Positions 19,438-29,565 of a DNA stretch of 61,417 nucleotides are shown here, piece after piece. The translations under genes and the position numbers were made by a program. The notes below the pieces were generated by a model. It had not been told where the DNA came from. It saw only the letters and a program-made list of their open reading frames with translations, and made no database searches. Each line of letters opens with the position of its first letter. Position 1 is the first letter of the stretch. The stretch lies in assembly GCA_049515895.1 (NCBI GenBank), contig JBEKTQ010000024.1:1-61417 (forward strand), in the 5' to 3' direction. The DNA is from Candidatus Bathyarchaeia archaeon. GTDB lineage: Archaea > Thermoproteota > Bathyarchaeia > Bathyarchaeales > Bathycorpusculaceae.

Positions 19438-19698
19438 ATATACCGTTGATTAACTATTCTTATTTTTCAGATTACCTACCCGTGATTATCTTTTACAATG
19501 GTAACATGGGTAACTTAGTCTTGGTTCAACGTTGGTTGGTTGGATTAAAATTTATCCACAAAAATTATTTGTTTATAAAATTTAGTTTAAATCTTCATAA
19601 AAGAAAAAGTGAACGTGATTCACCTTAGCATGTTAACGCTCGTCGATTAAGTAAATTCTAAATAAAACAGCATTATATACGTAAGAAAGGGATGCAAA

Positions 19699-19953
19699 AT
19701 GGATTATGTAGCAATAATCGGCTTTATGGCTGCTGCATTTACAGTAATTGCGTTTCTTCCTCAATTAACGAAGGTTTGGAAAACGAAATCAACTAAAGAC
19801 ATTTCCTTGGGAATGTTCTCAATTTTTTGCGGTGGTACGTTTTTATGGCTCGTTTATGGAATGTTAACGCAAGACTCGCCTGTTGCGATCGCAAATTTCT
19901 TAATTTTCATTCAGGCATTTATTATTCTGATATTTAAGTTGAAGTATAAATGA
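19699..19953 (+). CDS. SemiSWEET (PQ-loop) sugar transporter
   Basis: AFLPQ, KSTKDIS, FLWLVYG, PVAIAN; three TM segments. Confidence 0.92.
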   Translation: MDYVAIIGFMAAAFTVIAFLPQLTKVWKTKSTKDISLGMFSIFCGGTFLWLVYGMLTQDSPVAIANFLIFIQAFIILIFKLKYK

Positions 19954-20020
19954 AATGTCTTGCGTAAAGAAATCATGCCTGCAAAAAGCATAGAATCTTC
20001 AAAAATCAATTACTTAATGT

Positions 20021-21136
20021 CTATATTATTGCGTTGGTTGTCTTCTTATCGAATACATGTATCTTGCTAGCGTCCATTTCCATGATTACTCCTTGACCAG
20101 CTTTCGCCTTTGTTTCTTTAACTGTTGCCACTATCGGAATCTGCCCAAGGTTTAGGTGTAGAAGCATGTAGGGTCCTACAGGTTCAATAAGGTTTATTTT
20201 CATTCTAAAGGCATTTTCCTGCGTTGTCCCTTCAGCGGATTCACTTTCATGTAAGTCTTCTGGTCTGATGCCCATTATGGTCTCTGTGCCAATGTAGCTT
20301 CTTAGCTCAGAAGCCATTTTAGTCGGCAAAGATATTTTGAATTCTTTTGCATCTAAGTACAGTCCTTTGTTTTCCTCAATCAAAGTGCAGTTGATGAAGT
20401 TCATTTCTGGAGATCCGATAAAACCGGCAACGAATAAGTTTGAAGGGTGATTATACAGTTCGTCGGGAGTGCCTATTTGTTCGACTTCGCCGTCTTTCTG
20501 AACCATGATTCTGTCTGCCATGGTCATGGCTTCTACTTGGTCGTGAGTGACATATATGGTGGTCACCCCTGTATCCAGCTGCAATTTCTTTAGCTCGATC
20601 CTCGTTTGAACCCTAAGCTTTGCGTCGAGATTTGCGAGAGGTTCGTCCATCAGAAAGACTTTGGGCCTTCTGACCATCGCTCTCCCCAATGCTACCCTCT
20701 GTCTCTGACCTCCGCTGAGTTGCCTCGGCTTCCTGTTTAAAAGGTGAGAAATACCCAGAAGCTCCGCGGTTTTCTTGACCCTTGCCTCAATTTCATCCTT
20801 TTTGACCTTGCTTATGGTGAGCGGAAAGGCAATGTTATCAAACACGGTCATGTGAGGGTAAATAGCATAGTCTTGAAAAACCATTGCAATTCCTCTCTCT
20901 TGAGGGGCTTTGTGTATGCCCTTTTCTGCAGAGCTTACCAGCTCGTCGCCTATCCAGATTTCTCCTGCATCTATTTTGATTAAGCCTGCGATAGCGAAAA
21001 GGGTTGTTGTCTTTCCACATCCGGAGGGCCCCAAAAACACAAAGAATTCCTTATCTTTAATTTGCAGGTTTAAGTCTTTTACAGCTATGGTGTTTTTATA
21101 TTTTTTGGTTAAATTCTTCGCTGTTATGTTAACCAT
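20021..21136 (-). CDS. Sugar ABC transporter ATP-binding protein (MalK-like)
   Basis: GPSGCGKTT, LSGGQRQRVA, DEPL, THDQVEAM, GIRPE. Confidence 0.95.
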   Translation of the reverse strand: MVNITAKNLTKKYKNTIAVKDLNLQIKDKEFFVFLGPSGCGKTTTLFAIAGLIKIDAGEIWIGDELVSSAEKGIHKAPQERGIAMVFQDYAIYPHMTVFDNIAFPLTISKVKKDEIEARVKKTAELLGISHLLNRKPRQLSGGQRQRVALGRAMVRRPKVFLMDEPLANLDAKLRVQTRIELKKLQLDTGVTTIYVTHDQVEAMTMADRIMVQKDGEVEQIGTPDELYNHPSNLFVAGFIGSPEMNFINCTLIEENKGLYLDAKEFKISLPTKMASELRSYIGTETIMGIRPEDLHESESAEGTTQENAFRMKINLIEPVGPYMLLHLNLGQIPIVATVKETKAKAGQGVIMEMDASKIHVFDKKTTNAII

Positions 21137-21150
21137 TCGCCATTACCAAA

Positions 21151-21990
21151 TTATCCTTTAATAGCTCCAGCCATGTATCCACGTATAAGATATTTGCCCA
21201 ATACGAGATAAATGATTAAGACAGGAAGCGCGTACCATAATGCTCCTGCCATTTGAACATTATAATTGAATGCGGTAGTTCCCTTCAAATTTGCCAGTGC
21301 GACCGAAGCTGGCATAGCCTCTGATCCCCTGGCTAGCGTGACACCAAAGAGGAAGTCGTTCCATATGCTAGTGAACTGAAAAACTGCGGCGACAACAAAC
21401 GGAAGTAAAGAAAGTGGTAACACAATGCGTCGATATATTGTCCATGTTCCTGCCCCGTCTACTTTGGCCGCCATTATGAGGCTATCAGGGAGTAACCCAT
21501 AGAAGTTTCTGAAAAGAAGAGTCGTGATGGTTATGCCGTATGCTGTATGGGTTAGGATTAGCCCTCCCACAGTGTTGTATAACCCTAACTTTGATATCGT
21601 CAGAACTAGAGGAACAAGCACTGCTTGGTAGGGAATAAATATCCCGATGGCAAACAGCAAAAACACGGTGTTGGACCCACGGAACTTAATCTTGGTCAGT
21701 ATGTAACCGTTGATCGAACCCAAAAGACAAGAAAAAATCATGGCAACGACCGTGAACGTGAGACTGTTGAGCAGAGGTCTTTCCATTATATTGAAAGCTG
21801 TTATCAACGGATCAATGGTTGGTGACGAGGGCAGTTCCACAGGGACGGTGTAAATAATATCGTGAATGCTTTTGAAAGAAGTCGTGAAATCGGTCCATAA
21901 AGGAAGCAGAAACAAAAACACGAAAACTACTAGCACAAAGTAAAGGACTATTCGTCTAGGTTTGGGGAATCTCAGTCCTTTTCCCTCCAT
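21151..21990 (-). CDS. Carbohydrate ABC transporter permease (MalG-like)
   Basis: EAA-like AAKVDGAG, WNDFLF. Confidence 0.93.
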   Translation of the reverse strand: MEGKGLRFPKPRRIVLYFVLVVFVFLFLLPLWTDFTTSFKSIHDIIYTVPVELPSSPTIDPLITAFNIMERPLLNSLTFTVVAMIFSCLLGSINGYILTKIKFRGSNTVFLLFAIGIFIPYQAVLVPLVLTISKLGLYNTVGGLILTHTAYGITITTLLFRNFYGLLPDSLIMAAKVDGAGTWTIYRRIVLPLSLLPFVVAAVFQFTSIWNDFLFGVTLARGSEAMPASVALANLKGTTAFNYNVQMAGALWYALPVLIIYLVLGKYLIRGYMAGAIKG

Positions 21991-22871
21991 ATGAAGGAGT
22001 ACAGATACGGCACAACTATGGCAAGCACAATTATGAAAAGTATTGTTGCAATTGCAGCTCCGTAGGCGAAGTTTGTTCTTAGAAAAGTCTCGATGAACAT
22101 CTTTAAGGGCACCACGTAAGTGGCGGTAGCCGCAGGTCCTCCACCCGTTAATACATAAATAAAATCGAACACTTTGAGAGCAAATATCATGAGAACAACA
22201 AATGCGCTTAGAGTAGAATTTTTTAATTGGGGTATTACAACGCGTCTATACAAGGTAAAACCAGCTGCTCCATCCACTTCCGCTGCCATTATTTGAGACT
22301 CTGGAATGGATTTTATCCCCGCTAAGAAAATTAACATAGTGTATCCCGAGAATTGCCATATAATGGCCAATATGACACAGTATAACGCAATATTTGGGTC
22401 GGTAGTCCATCCAGACTGCAGAAATCCGAGTCCGATTGCCTTCAACAACGTGTTTATGACACCCACATCTGGGTTGTACATCCACGCCCACAAAGTTGCT
22501 GTAATCACAAACGAGAGGGCGAAAGGCAGCAGGTATATACTCCTAAAGACGCCCTCACCTCTCACCTTTGAATCCAAAAGTATGGCCAAAAGGATACCTA
22601 GGCCAAGACTGCTGGGTACAAAAATCACTATTAAAATAATATTGTTTGTTAGAGCTGTTATAAATTCTGGGTCGTGGAACATGGTCACGTATTGACCGAA
22701 ACCGGCAAAACTGTAGCTCGGAGCAAGACCTTTCCAGTTTGAGACTGAAACCACTACATTCCATCCGATAAGGATGTAGACGAAATAGCCAACTAGTACG
22801 ACGGATGGAAGAATAAAGAGTAAGTTAACCATCGTTTCACGCGAAAACGCCCTTCTAAAGGGAAGTCTCAT
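21972..22871 (-). CDS. Carbohydrate ABC transporter permease (MalF-like)
   Basis: AAEVDGA, FAYGAAIA; start placed at ATG 22871. Confidence 0.92.
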   Translation of the reverse strand: MRLPFRRAFSRETMVNLLFILPSVVLVGYFVYILIGWNVVVSVSNWKGLAPSYSFAGFGQYVTMFHDPEFITALTNNIILIVIFVPSSLGLGILLAILLDSKVRGEGVFRSIYLLPFALSFVITATLWAWMYNPDVGVINTLLKAIGLGFLQSGWTTDPNIALYCVILAIIWQFSGYTMLIFLAGIKSIPESQIMAAEVDGAAGFTLYRRVVIPQLKNSTLSAFVVLMIFALKVFDFIYVLTGGGPAATATYVVPLKMFIETFLRTNFAYGAAIATILFIIVLAIVVPYLYSFIWREKD

Positions 22872-23187
22872 TTTTTGGTCAGCCCAAAGGAAATTTTGAT
22901 CTAGCTGTTTAGGAGATAACTCAAAGCTGTTAATCCCCTTTCTATCTTCACCAGACTCCAATCAGATAGAAGATTAAGAAGATAAAAAAGCCTTTCGACA
23001 AACCCCTCTTAGAAGGCTTATGTACGCGAATTCAATTAGACCAAAGCTCATTTAGGAAAATACTTTCTTTTTGCAGAAACATTCAGGATACGATTTCAAA
23101 TGTAATGAAACGCGTTTTACTCGATTTTAGAAAAAAAAAGGGGGTATTTGGTGTTTTCTTGTTGTTTAGCCTCGCGATTCATCTGCT

Positions 23188-24504
23188 TTACAATGACCAT
23201 ACTTTGGTGTAGTCGGCATGATGAGTACTTGCTGAGGAAGCTAATGCTGATGCTGCGGCATTAACGTCTTTGTTTGCTACGAAGCTTGATACTATGTTGA
23301 CCCAGTCGGTTGTGAAGGATTCAGGTGCGCCACTTCCGTGAGTTACGCTCGGGTACAAGTGTGCAGCCGCCTTAAAGTCGGCTTGGGCGGCTTTTTGATA
23401 CGCTCCGTATTTGCTTATGTCTGAGTCACTGCGTGGAGAAATGGAGCCCTTCAGCGGGTTGAACGCGTCTTGTCCATCTTTGGAACCGACAACCTTTAGC
23501 CAGTCTAAGGACTGAGTGGGATGCGCGACACCTTTTGGATGTTCGAAGCAGTCTACCACAAGTCCATACAGCCCTGCGGTTCCAGGCGTTGGAACTGTTC
23601 CGTAGTCGACGCCGTACGTCTTGCTTGCGAGTGTGAATTCTCCATTTGCCCAGTCTCCCATTACGTTGAATACGGCAGCTCCCGTAATTACCCTTGATGT
23701 TGCTTGATCCCAAGTTAGAGCCGAATGGTCATCATTAACATAGGTTAGATATTTTGCGAAAGTAGTTAACGCATCCTTCATCATAGAGTTGTTTGGATCC
23801 GTTATTTTCCCATTTATCCAATCCTGATAGAAGCTTATCCCTTCGCCCGCTATCATCGTCTCTAGAACATGTGCAGCCGCCCACGGGCCTGAGTCCCCTA
23901 GCGATATTGGGTGAGTTATTCCCGCGCTCACTAGTTTGTCGCATGCCGCAAAGAAAGCTGTCCAAGTCGTTAAGGTCGACGGATCTATTCCATTTGTTTT
24001 GAGAATTGGTAAGTTATACCAGAGCACATTTTGCCTGTGAATGTCCAGTGGAACTGCGTAGTAGTCGTTGCCGAACTTCACCATGTCAAGTATTACTTTT
24101 GGAAAGACGTTTTCCCATCCTTGCTGCGTGTAGAGGCTAGTAATAGGCTCCAAGTAGCCTCCGTCATAGTACGGTCTGCCCTCATATCCAGCGTGCAGCT
24201 GGAAGGAATCCGGAGCTTCTCCAGCCAGCACCAAAGGCTTGATAACTGCTTTGAACACGTAGCCTGCTCCTCCGGCCACCGGGCTTTGTATCACCGCTGT
24301 ATTGGGGTATTGTGTGTTGTAGTATGCCACAAGCGCGTTTATAGCTGCAGCTTCCCCGCCTGAGGTCCACCAATGATAAATCTCCAGCACATTCGCAGAA
24401 CTAGTTGGGGGTCGCGTAACAATGTATACTATTCCGCCTACAAGAAGCGCAGTTATAATCACTGCAGTGGCAACGAGGTATATTGCTTTAACCAACGAAA
24501 CCAC
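23188..24504 (-). CDS. Glucose-type sugar ABC substrate-binding protein with N-terminal TM anchor
   Basis: LEIYHWWTSGGEAAA, PDSFQLHAG, HRQNVLWYN, MGDWA, FNPLKGSI, HGSG. Confidence 0.92.
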   Translation of the reverse strand: MVSLVKAIYLVATAVIITALLVGGIVYIVTRPPTSSANVLEIYHWWTSGGEAAAINALVAYYNTQYPNTAVIQSPVAGGAGYVFKAVIKPLVLAGEAPDSFQLHAGYEGRPYYDGGYLEPITSLYTQQGWENVFPKVILDMVKFGNDYYAVPLDIHRQNVLWYNLPILKTNGIDPSTLTTWTAFFAACDKLVSAGITHPISLGDSGPWAAAHVLETMIAGEGISFYQDWINGKITDPNNSMMKDALTTFAKYLTYVNDDHSALTWDQATSRVITGAAVFNVMGDWANGEFTLASKTYGVDYGTVPTPGTAGLYGLVVDCFEHPKGVAHPTQSLDWLKVVGSKDGQDAFNPLKGSISPRSDSDISKYGAYQKAAQADFKAAAHLYPSVTHGSGAPESFTTDWVNIVSSFVANKDVNAAASALASSASTHHADYTKVWSL

Positions 24505-24730
24505 CTGCTTCTCTCTTATTTTGAGAAACTATAAAAGCTTTGCGTCTAGCATATGGGACTGAATTTTGATTTCCAATTTAAAATAAAAAAAATAACGCAA
24601 TCAACATCAAGTGCACGCCAGCTAGTAAATCAATCTTTTTGTGTCTATTTTTGGCTATCTGGCAAGAAGAAAGAATGATTGATCTTGCTTTTCTCAAGCA
24701 AGCAAGGCACCGTGGTAACTGAGGAGGAGG

Positions 24731-24758
24731 GGATTAAATTTTAATCTTTCTCTCTCTC
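24731..24758 (+). repeat. Left arm of 28-bp inverted repeat
   Basis: Core palindrome GATTAAA-T-TTTAATC followed by (TC)n. Confidence 0.9.
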
Positions 24759-24902
24759 TAAACCACAATAATCAAACTCCCAACTCAAACTTCCTTACTC
24801 TTAATATTTTGAATTTTGTTAAGGCTTCTGCTCTCTTAAACGGCAACATCACCATAGAAAAACACAAAAAAGCTGAAAACTTTAATACAGGTCAAATCCT
24901 AA

Positions 24903-25379
24903 ATGAATGGAGTTGTTATGTCAGGAATTGACATGGGACTTTTCTTAACTGCTATCGGTCTTATTCCACTCTATGTTGGTTTGGTCCCTCTCTATTTAGA
25001 CCTATTATCGAGAAGAAAAGTTGATTTTTACCTTTTGCGATACCAATACTTTAACGATGCCGATGCTGAGAAGTTCTTTGATAGAATAAGAACCTATCAC
25101 CCGAACAAAGCTATAGAGAGATGTTCAGTCTTCTATAATGATACCAGGCTAGTTTGGGATTATGAACCTTTACCCAATGACCAAAAGTTTATTGAAAAGA
25201 TGACTTTGGCAGATGTACGACTCCCGTCGAACGTTCTTCGTAAGGTTAAACCAAAAGATGGAATAGTTGTTGTTAAAGATGGAAAGAGAATAATTCGGAA
25301 AATGAATTTTTTGGATATACCCTTCGTTAATGAGCAAATTGCCCAAGAACAGATGAAAAGATATAGAGAGAAAGATTAG
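24903..25379 (+). CDS. Hypothetical protein with N-terminal TM segment
   Basis: 158-aa ORF; stop TAG lies within the palindrome TAGCGCGCGCGCTA. Confidence 0.7.
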   Translation: MNGVVMSGIDMGLFLTAIGLIPLYVGLVPLYLDLLSRRKVDFYLLRYQYFNDADAEKFFDRIRTYHPNKAIERCSVFYNDTRLVWDYEPLPNDQKFIEKMTLADVRLPSNVLRKVKPKDGIVVVKDGKRIIRKMNFLDIPFVNEQIAQEQMKRYREKD

Positions 25380-25715
25380 CGCGCGCGCTATCGTTCCATA
25401 TATCGAATAAGCTCGAAAACAGTGAATCAACGTTATCTTGGAAAATAATCGTTTTTAAGACTTTAAACTGAATTTATAAACCAGTATTTTTTCCTACTAA
25501 ACGTGAATGTAAACCTAACATCCCGCGCTTTGCTCCTTTTGCCAAATAAAGCTTGATTATTAGCTATTTTAGCAAATTGGGGCTGAAAGATCGACAAAGA
25601 AAGTCGCAAGATGCCTCGTTTCCTGAATAAGCGCCTGTCTAACGAGTTTACCGAAACGGTGCTTTCTGGAATGGGCACAAGCGCGCGCCCTTCTCTGCTT
25701 CACAGTATTTTCAGC

Positions 25716-27710
25716 TTAGACTGGAGGCGACGATATAGTCGTAGAAGAGACATGGCGACCACGCGTTCCAAGGGTAACAGCCACGAGGACGACAACCACG
25801 ATAACAACCACTACAACCGCTGCAATGCCAATGTACATCCATGGAATTAAAATATTTACAGACTGAATAGGGTGCGGTGTAGGCGACGGTGTGGGCAACG
25901 GTGTAGGCGATGGTGTAGGCGATGGCGAAGGAGTAGGAGTTGGGGAAGGCGTCGGAGTTGGAGTTGGAGGTGTGTTGACACTTACGGACGTGGCGGTGGA
26001 GTTCACTGATTCTCCCGCGCTGTCTGTGACTTGGACCATGAAGTTCCAGCTGCCCACAGTCGCGTAGGTCGCGGCGTTAAAGTAGTAGCTTGAGTAGGTC
26101 GCGCCGTAAATCATCGAGTAAAAAGAGGCGCCTGCCGTTTCCTCGAACCACTGGTACGTGTAGGGGGAACTCCCTGTCGTTACGGCAGATGCAGACAAAG
26201 CGCTGCTCTCGCCCTGACTAACCGCGCTGGGTGAAGCTGAAGCGGTCGGAGCGACCAAAGGAGGGTTAACAGTCACCGACGCTGCAGTAGAATTCACGGA
26301 TGCGCCCGTATTGTCGGTGACCTGAAGAATGAAACTCCAAGTGCCCAGAGCGGTAGAAGCCGTAGTCACGAAAGAATTACTCGACGCAGCCCCGCCAAGC
26401 AAAACATAACTACCGCCAGGAGCCTTACTGAACCACTCATACGTGTAGGGCGAAGGACCGCTTATCCCAGACGAAGACAAAGTGATAGTCTGGCCTTGAT
26501 CAACCGCACTGGGCGAAGCAGAAGCTGTCGGAGGAGCCAAAGGAGAGTAACCAAAAGCATAGACTTTGCCGTCTGTTGAGCCTGCGTAGACCACACCGTT
26601 GGCAATAGCAGGAGACGACCACACCCAGCCGGCTGTTTTATAGCTCCATATTGCAGCGCCTGTTGCCCCGTTCAAAGCGTAAACATTGTTATCTAATGAA
26701 CCGATATATACCACGCCGCCAGCGACAGCAGGAGAACCACTAATATACCCGTTGGTTTTATAACTCCATATTTGCGCGCCTGTTGTAGCATTAAAAGCAT
26801 ACACAGTACCGACATTCCCAATGCCATTATATGAGCCTATGTAAACCATACCGTTGGCAACAGCAGGAGCCACAGACTGGATTGAGAAGCCTGCTACTGT
26901 GCTCCAGATGTACGCGCCCGTCGCAACGTTTAAAGCATACACATTGCCGTTGTAAAAAGCTACGTAGACTATGCCGTTGGCAACAGAAGGAGAACCCGCA
27001 CCCCCAGTAACACCTGCGTAAGACCAGATATATGCCCCTGTTATAGCGTTCAAAGCATACACTTTGTCCGAGCTTATGTAGACCACTCCATTGGCAACAG
27101 CAGGAGAGGAGGAGACAGTGCCACCTGTTTTGTAGCTCCATATTTCGCTGCCAGTGGTAGCGTTCAGAGCATACATGTAATCGTCATTTGAGCCTATGTA
27201 GACTATGCCGTTGGCGACAGCAGGAGAAGACTGCACAGAGCCGGTTGTCGTGTAGCTCCAGATGTGTGCACCTGTTGCAGCATTTACAGCGTACACGTTG
27301 TCATCATTTGAACCTACGTAGACTATGCCGTTGGCGACAGCAGGAGAGGAAAAGGCGCCTCCTCCGGGTGTTGTGTAGGTATATATGTTAGTTCCAGTTG
27401 AAGCATTAAGAGCGTACAGGGCCTGCGTTGTGCTTACGTAGACTATGCCATTGGCAACAGCAGGAGACGTCCCGCCACTTATGGTTGCCCCTGTGTTCCA
27501 GCTCCATTTGATTTGGTTTGTTGTTGGACCAGTGGATGTGGAATAGCCTGTGTGGCTTAAATCACCCTGATACATTGGCCATGCGTTGGGGTTTCCGTTT
27601 GAATCGCTGCTTTGCGCGCGCGCCCTGTTTAAGTTTCCGAGGAAAACGGAAGCCATCATGCTACTTAGGAGAATTAAGACAAGAAAAGTGAATAATAGCC
27701 TCTTATTCAT
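25716..27710 (-). CDS. PQQ-like beta-propeller surface protein with Ig/PKD-like repeats, PT linker and TM anchor
   Basis: Signal peptide; WPMYQGDLSHTG; about eight SSPAVANGIVY..YALNA.TG..IWSY repeats; two YTYxWF repeats. Confidence 0.92.
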   Translation of the reverse strand: MNKRLLFTFLVLILLSSMMASVFLGNLNRARAQSSDSNGNPNAWPMYQGDLSHTGYSTSTGPTTNQIKWSWNTGATISGGTSPAVANGIVYVSTTQALYALNASTGTNIYTYTTPGGGAFSSPAVANGIVYVGSNDDNVYAVNAATGAHIWSYTTTGSVQSSPAVANGIVYIGSNDDYMYALNATTGSEIWSYKTGGTVSSSPAVANGVVYISSDKVYALNAITGAYIWSYAGVTGGAGSPSVANGIVYVAFYNGNVYALNVATGAYIWSTVAGFSIQSVAPAVANGMVYIGSYNGIGNVGTVYAFNATTGAQIWSYKTNGYISGSPAVAGGVVYIGSLDNNVYALNGATGAAIWSYKTAGWVWSSPAIANGVVYAGSTDGKVYAFGYSPLAPPTASASPSAVDQGQTITLSSSGISGPSPYTYEWFSKAPGGSYVLLGGAASSNSFVTTASTALGTWSFILQVTDNTGASVNSTAASVTVNPPLVAPTASASPSAVSQGESSALSASAVTTGSSPYTYQWFEETAGASFYSMIYGATYSSYYFNAATYATVGSWNFMVQVTDSAGESVNSTATSVSVNTPPTPTPTPSPTPTPSPSPTPSPTPLPTPSPTPHPIQSVNILIPWMYIGIAAVVVVVIVVVVLVAVTLGTRGRHVSSTTISSPPV

Positions 27711-27952
27711 AAAACGCTTCACTTCTCCCTTATTGAGCAGATGTGCTCTAAACATATATTACTTTTTGGGTATGTGGGGACTAAGTTTTAATCTGTTCTG
27801 GCTTTTCTTTTCTTGTTTTGTGGTGTTGTGCGGTGTCGTGCCGTGCGGTGTCGTGCGGCGGTGGCGGTGGTGGGTATGTTGAAGGGGTATATGAGTATAG
27901 GAGTAGCAGTTAGTTAGTTAGTTAACGAGTTAGCGGTTGGAAATAAATTTCT

Positions 27953-27980
27953 GAGAGAGAGAAAGATTAAAATTTAATCC
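27953..27980 (-). repeat. Right arm of 28-bp inverted repeat
   Basis: GAGAGAGAGAAAGATTAAAATTTAATCC. Confidence 0.9.
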
Positions 27981-28388
27981 ACACCCCATTGACGAAGTGA
28001 CACTTGCCTGACAAAACTATTACTTTTATTCTTAACTTGCAGCTTAACTTTACATACACAACAACTTAACACTTAACGACGTTTGTAAAATAAGGTGAAA
28101 AAGGCGTGGAGTAAAATCTTAGTATAAAATAAAATACAAGTTTGAACTTACATATACTGTACCATAATTTCGGTCAGGCTGACTTTTTCTTTCGGCTAAA
28201 TGCCGCGTGGATTATAAAAAGTTTGCTTGCGAGTCTGATGTATTTCTCAATTATTCATTAAGCCTTTTGCAAATGCTTTGATATATGCCATCGAGGCGCA
28301 ACTAATATTGCGAGAAGTTAAGATTCAAAAGGTTGTTTTTTGCAAAATGAAAGCTATATCAGTAAACTTGCAAAAGCAAAGATATGCT

Positions 28389-28622
28389 CTATTGCTCTAT
28401 TATTATCAGAGTAACCGTTGATCTCACTTGGTCAGTGGTTCGTATTTTATGCGAAACTGCATCTTTCAACTCATCCATAGTATCAGCCTTGAGCCTAATA
28501 ATAATGTCATAAACTCCATACGAAACGTAAGCTTCACATACTATATCAAGACTCTTAAACCGATCCAGAACCTTGCTCTCGGCACCAGGCTCAACATTAA
28601 GCAGAATGTAAGCTTGCACCAT
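28389..28622 (-). CDS. Stand-alone Lrp/AsnC ligand-binding domain protein
   Basis: AYILLNVEPGAE, YGVYDII, VRSTVTLI. Confidence 0.9.
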   Translation of the reverse strand: MVQAYILLNVEPGAESKVLDRFKSLDIVCEAYVSYGVYDIIIRLKADTMDELKDAVSHKIRTTDQVRSTVTLIIIEQ

Positions 28623-28767
28623 TCAAATAACTCCGAGTACTAGTAAAGAACCAAAATAATTAAACTTTGTTGGACACGAATAACGTTTCTTAAACCGATT
28701 GATTGCTGCGGATCCAAACTCACATGAAATCGTCTCACACAGGTCTAAAAATACTTAATCCACTTTT

Positions 28768-29565
28768 TCAAGCTGAATCGTCTGAAGTGTTCGTGGATTT
28801 CAACAGTTCTTGCAGAGTTTTGTGGCATTTACTGCACGCAAACATCGCGTTCCCGCATGAAGGACAGAACAATTCTTGCTTCTTTAGACGACCCAAAAGA
28901 CTCATCAATTCGGCAATATTTTGAATGTCATGAGGGCTATCATGCTTTTGGGTGGACGCCCCAACTTCTTTTCCCAATCGTGCATTTTCGCTCGATTTGA
29001 TTTCGCTGTAAACTTTGGCGATGCTGGCTTTCCCTTCGCGTAGTTTCTGCTTGTCGTCTTCACTTGCTGTTTCAATTATCTTTTTGCCCCTTTCGAAAGT
29101 TCGGGTTGAAACACCAGCCTTTCTGGCTACAACCTCAGTTGCCTTGGCTTTAAACCCTGGTTCAGTGCCATCTAGCGCTAAATCCAGTTGAAAGTTTCTG
29201 CCCTCCTTGCCTCCAATAGACTGTCGCTTCTTCGCAAGCGCTTTTTCTATCTCCAGTAACGGCACTGCCAGCTCGACAAGCTGAAAATTGTTGAGATGAC
29301 GACGCCTGAGGTTTGCTTCGATAACGAATTTTTTCTCAAGCAACTTATCCTCAAACCTGCGGACTTCAAAATCTGGTTCAATTCCGAGTTCGGTGCACGC
29401 CCGGTATCTGTGATGCCCATCTAAAACTTCAAGGCCTTCGTTCACAATTATTGGGTAATGTTGGCCTTCCGTTTTTATGGACGCTTTCAACTCGGCGAAT
29501 TCCTCTTCGGACATCTTTGGCAACAGTTTGCTGTATTCTGGATTTAAGCGTAAGCTCATGGGCAT
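28768..29565 (-). CDS. ParB/Srx N-terminal domain protein with HTH and C-terminal Cys motifs
   Basis: ELKASIKTEG..PIIV, VLDGHHRYRAC, ANLRRRHL, VARKAGVSTRT, CPSC..CSKC. Confidence 0.85.
   Translation of the reverse strand: MPMSLRLNPEYSKLLPKMSEEEFAELKASIKTEGQHYPIIVNEGLEVLDGHHRYRACTELGIEPDFEVRRFEDKLLEKKFVIEANLRRRHLNNFQLVELAVPLLEIEKALAKKRQSIGGKEGRNFQLDLALDGTEPGFKAKATEVVARKAGVSTRTFERGKKIIETASEDDKQKLREGKASIAKVYSEIKSSENARLGKEVGASTQKHDSPHDIQNIAELMSLLGRLKKQELFCPSCGNAMFACSKCHKTLQELLKSTNTSDDSA

Larger units (their letters stand above)
24731..27980. mobile_element. Putative non-autonomous or invertible element bounded by perfect 28-bp inverted repeats
   Basis: GGATTAAATTTTAATCTTTCTCTCTCTC (24731-24758) is the exact reverse complement of 27953-27980; no transposase inside and no clear target-site duplication. 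Confidence 0.5.

Noticed and set aside
26560-27480. About 120-bp near-repeats as a DGR template/variable pair or other array
   Set aside because: Explained by beta-propeller blade repeats; no reverse transcriptase present.
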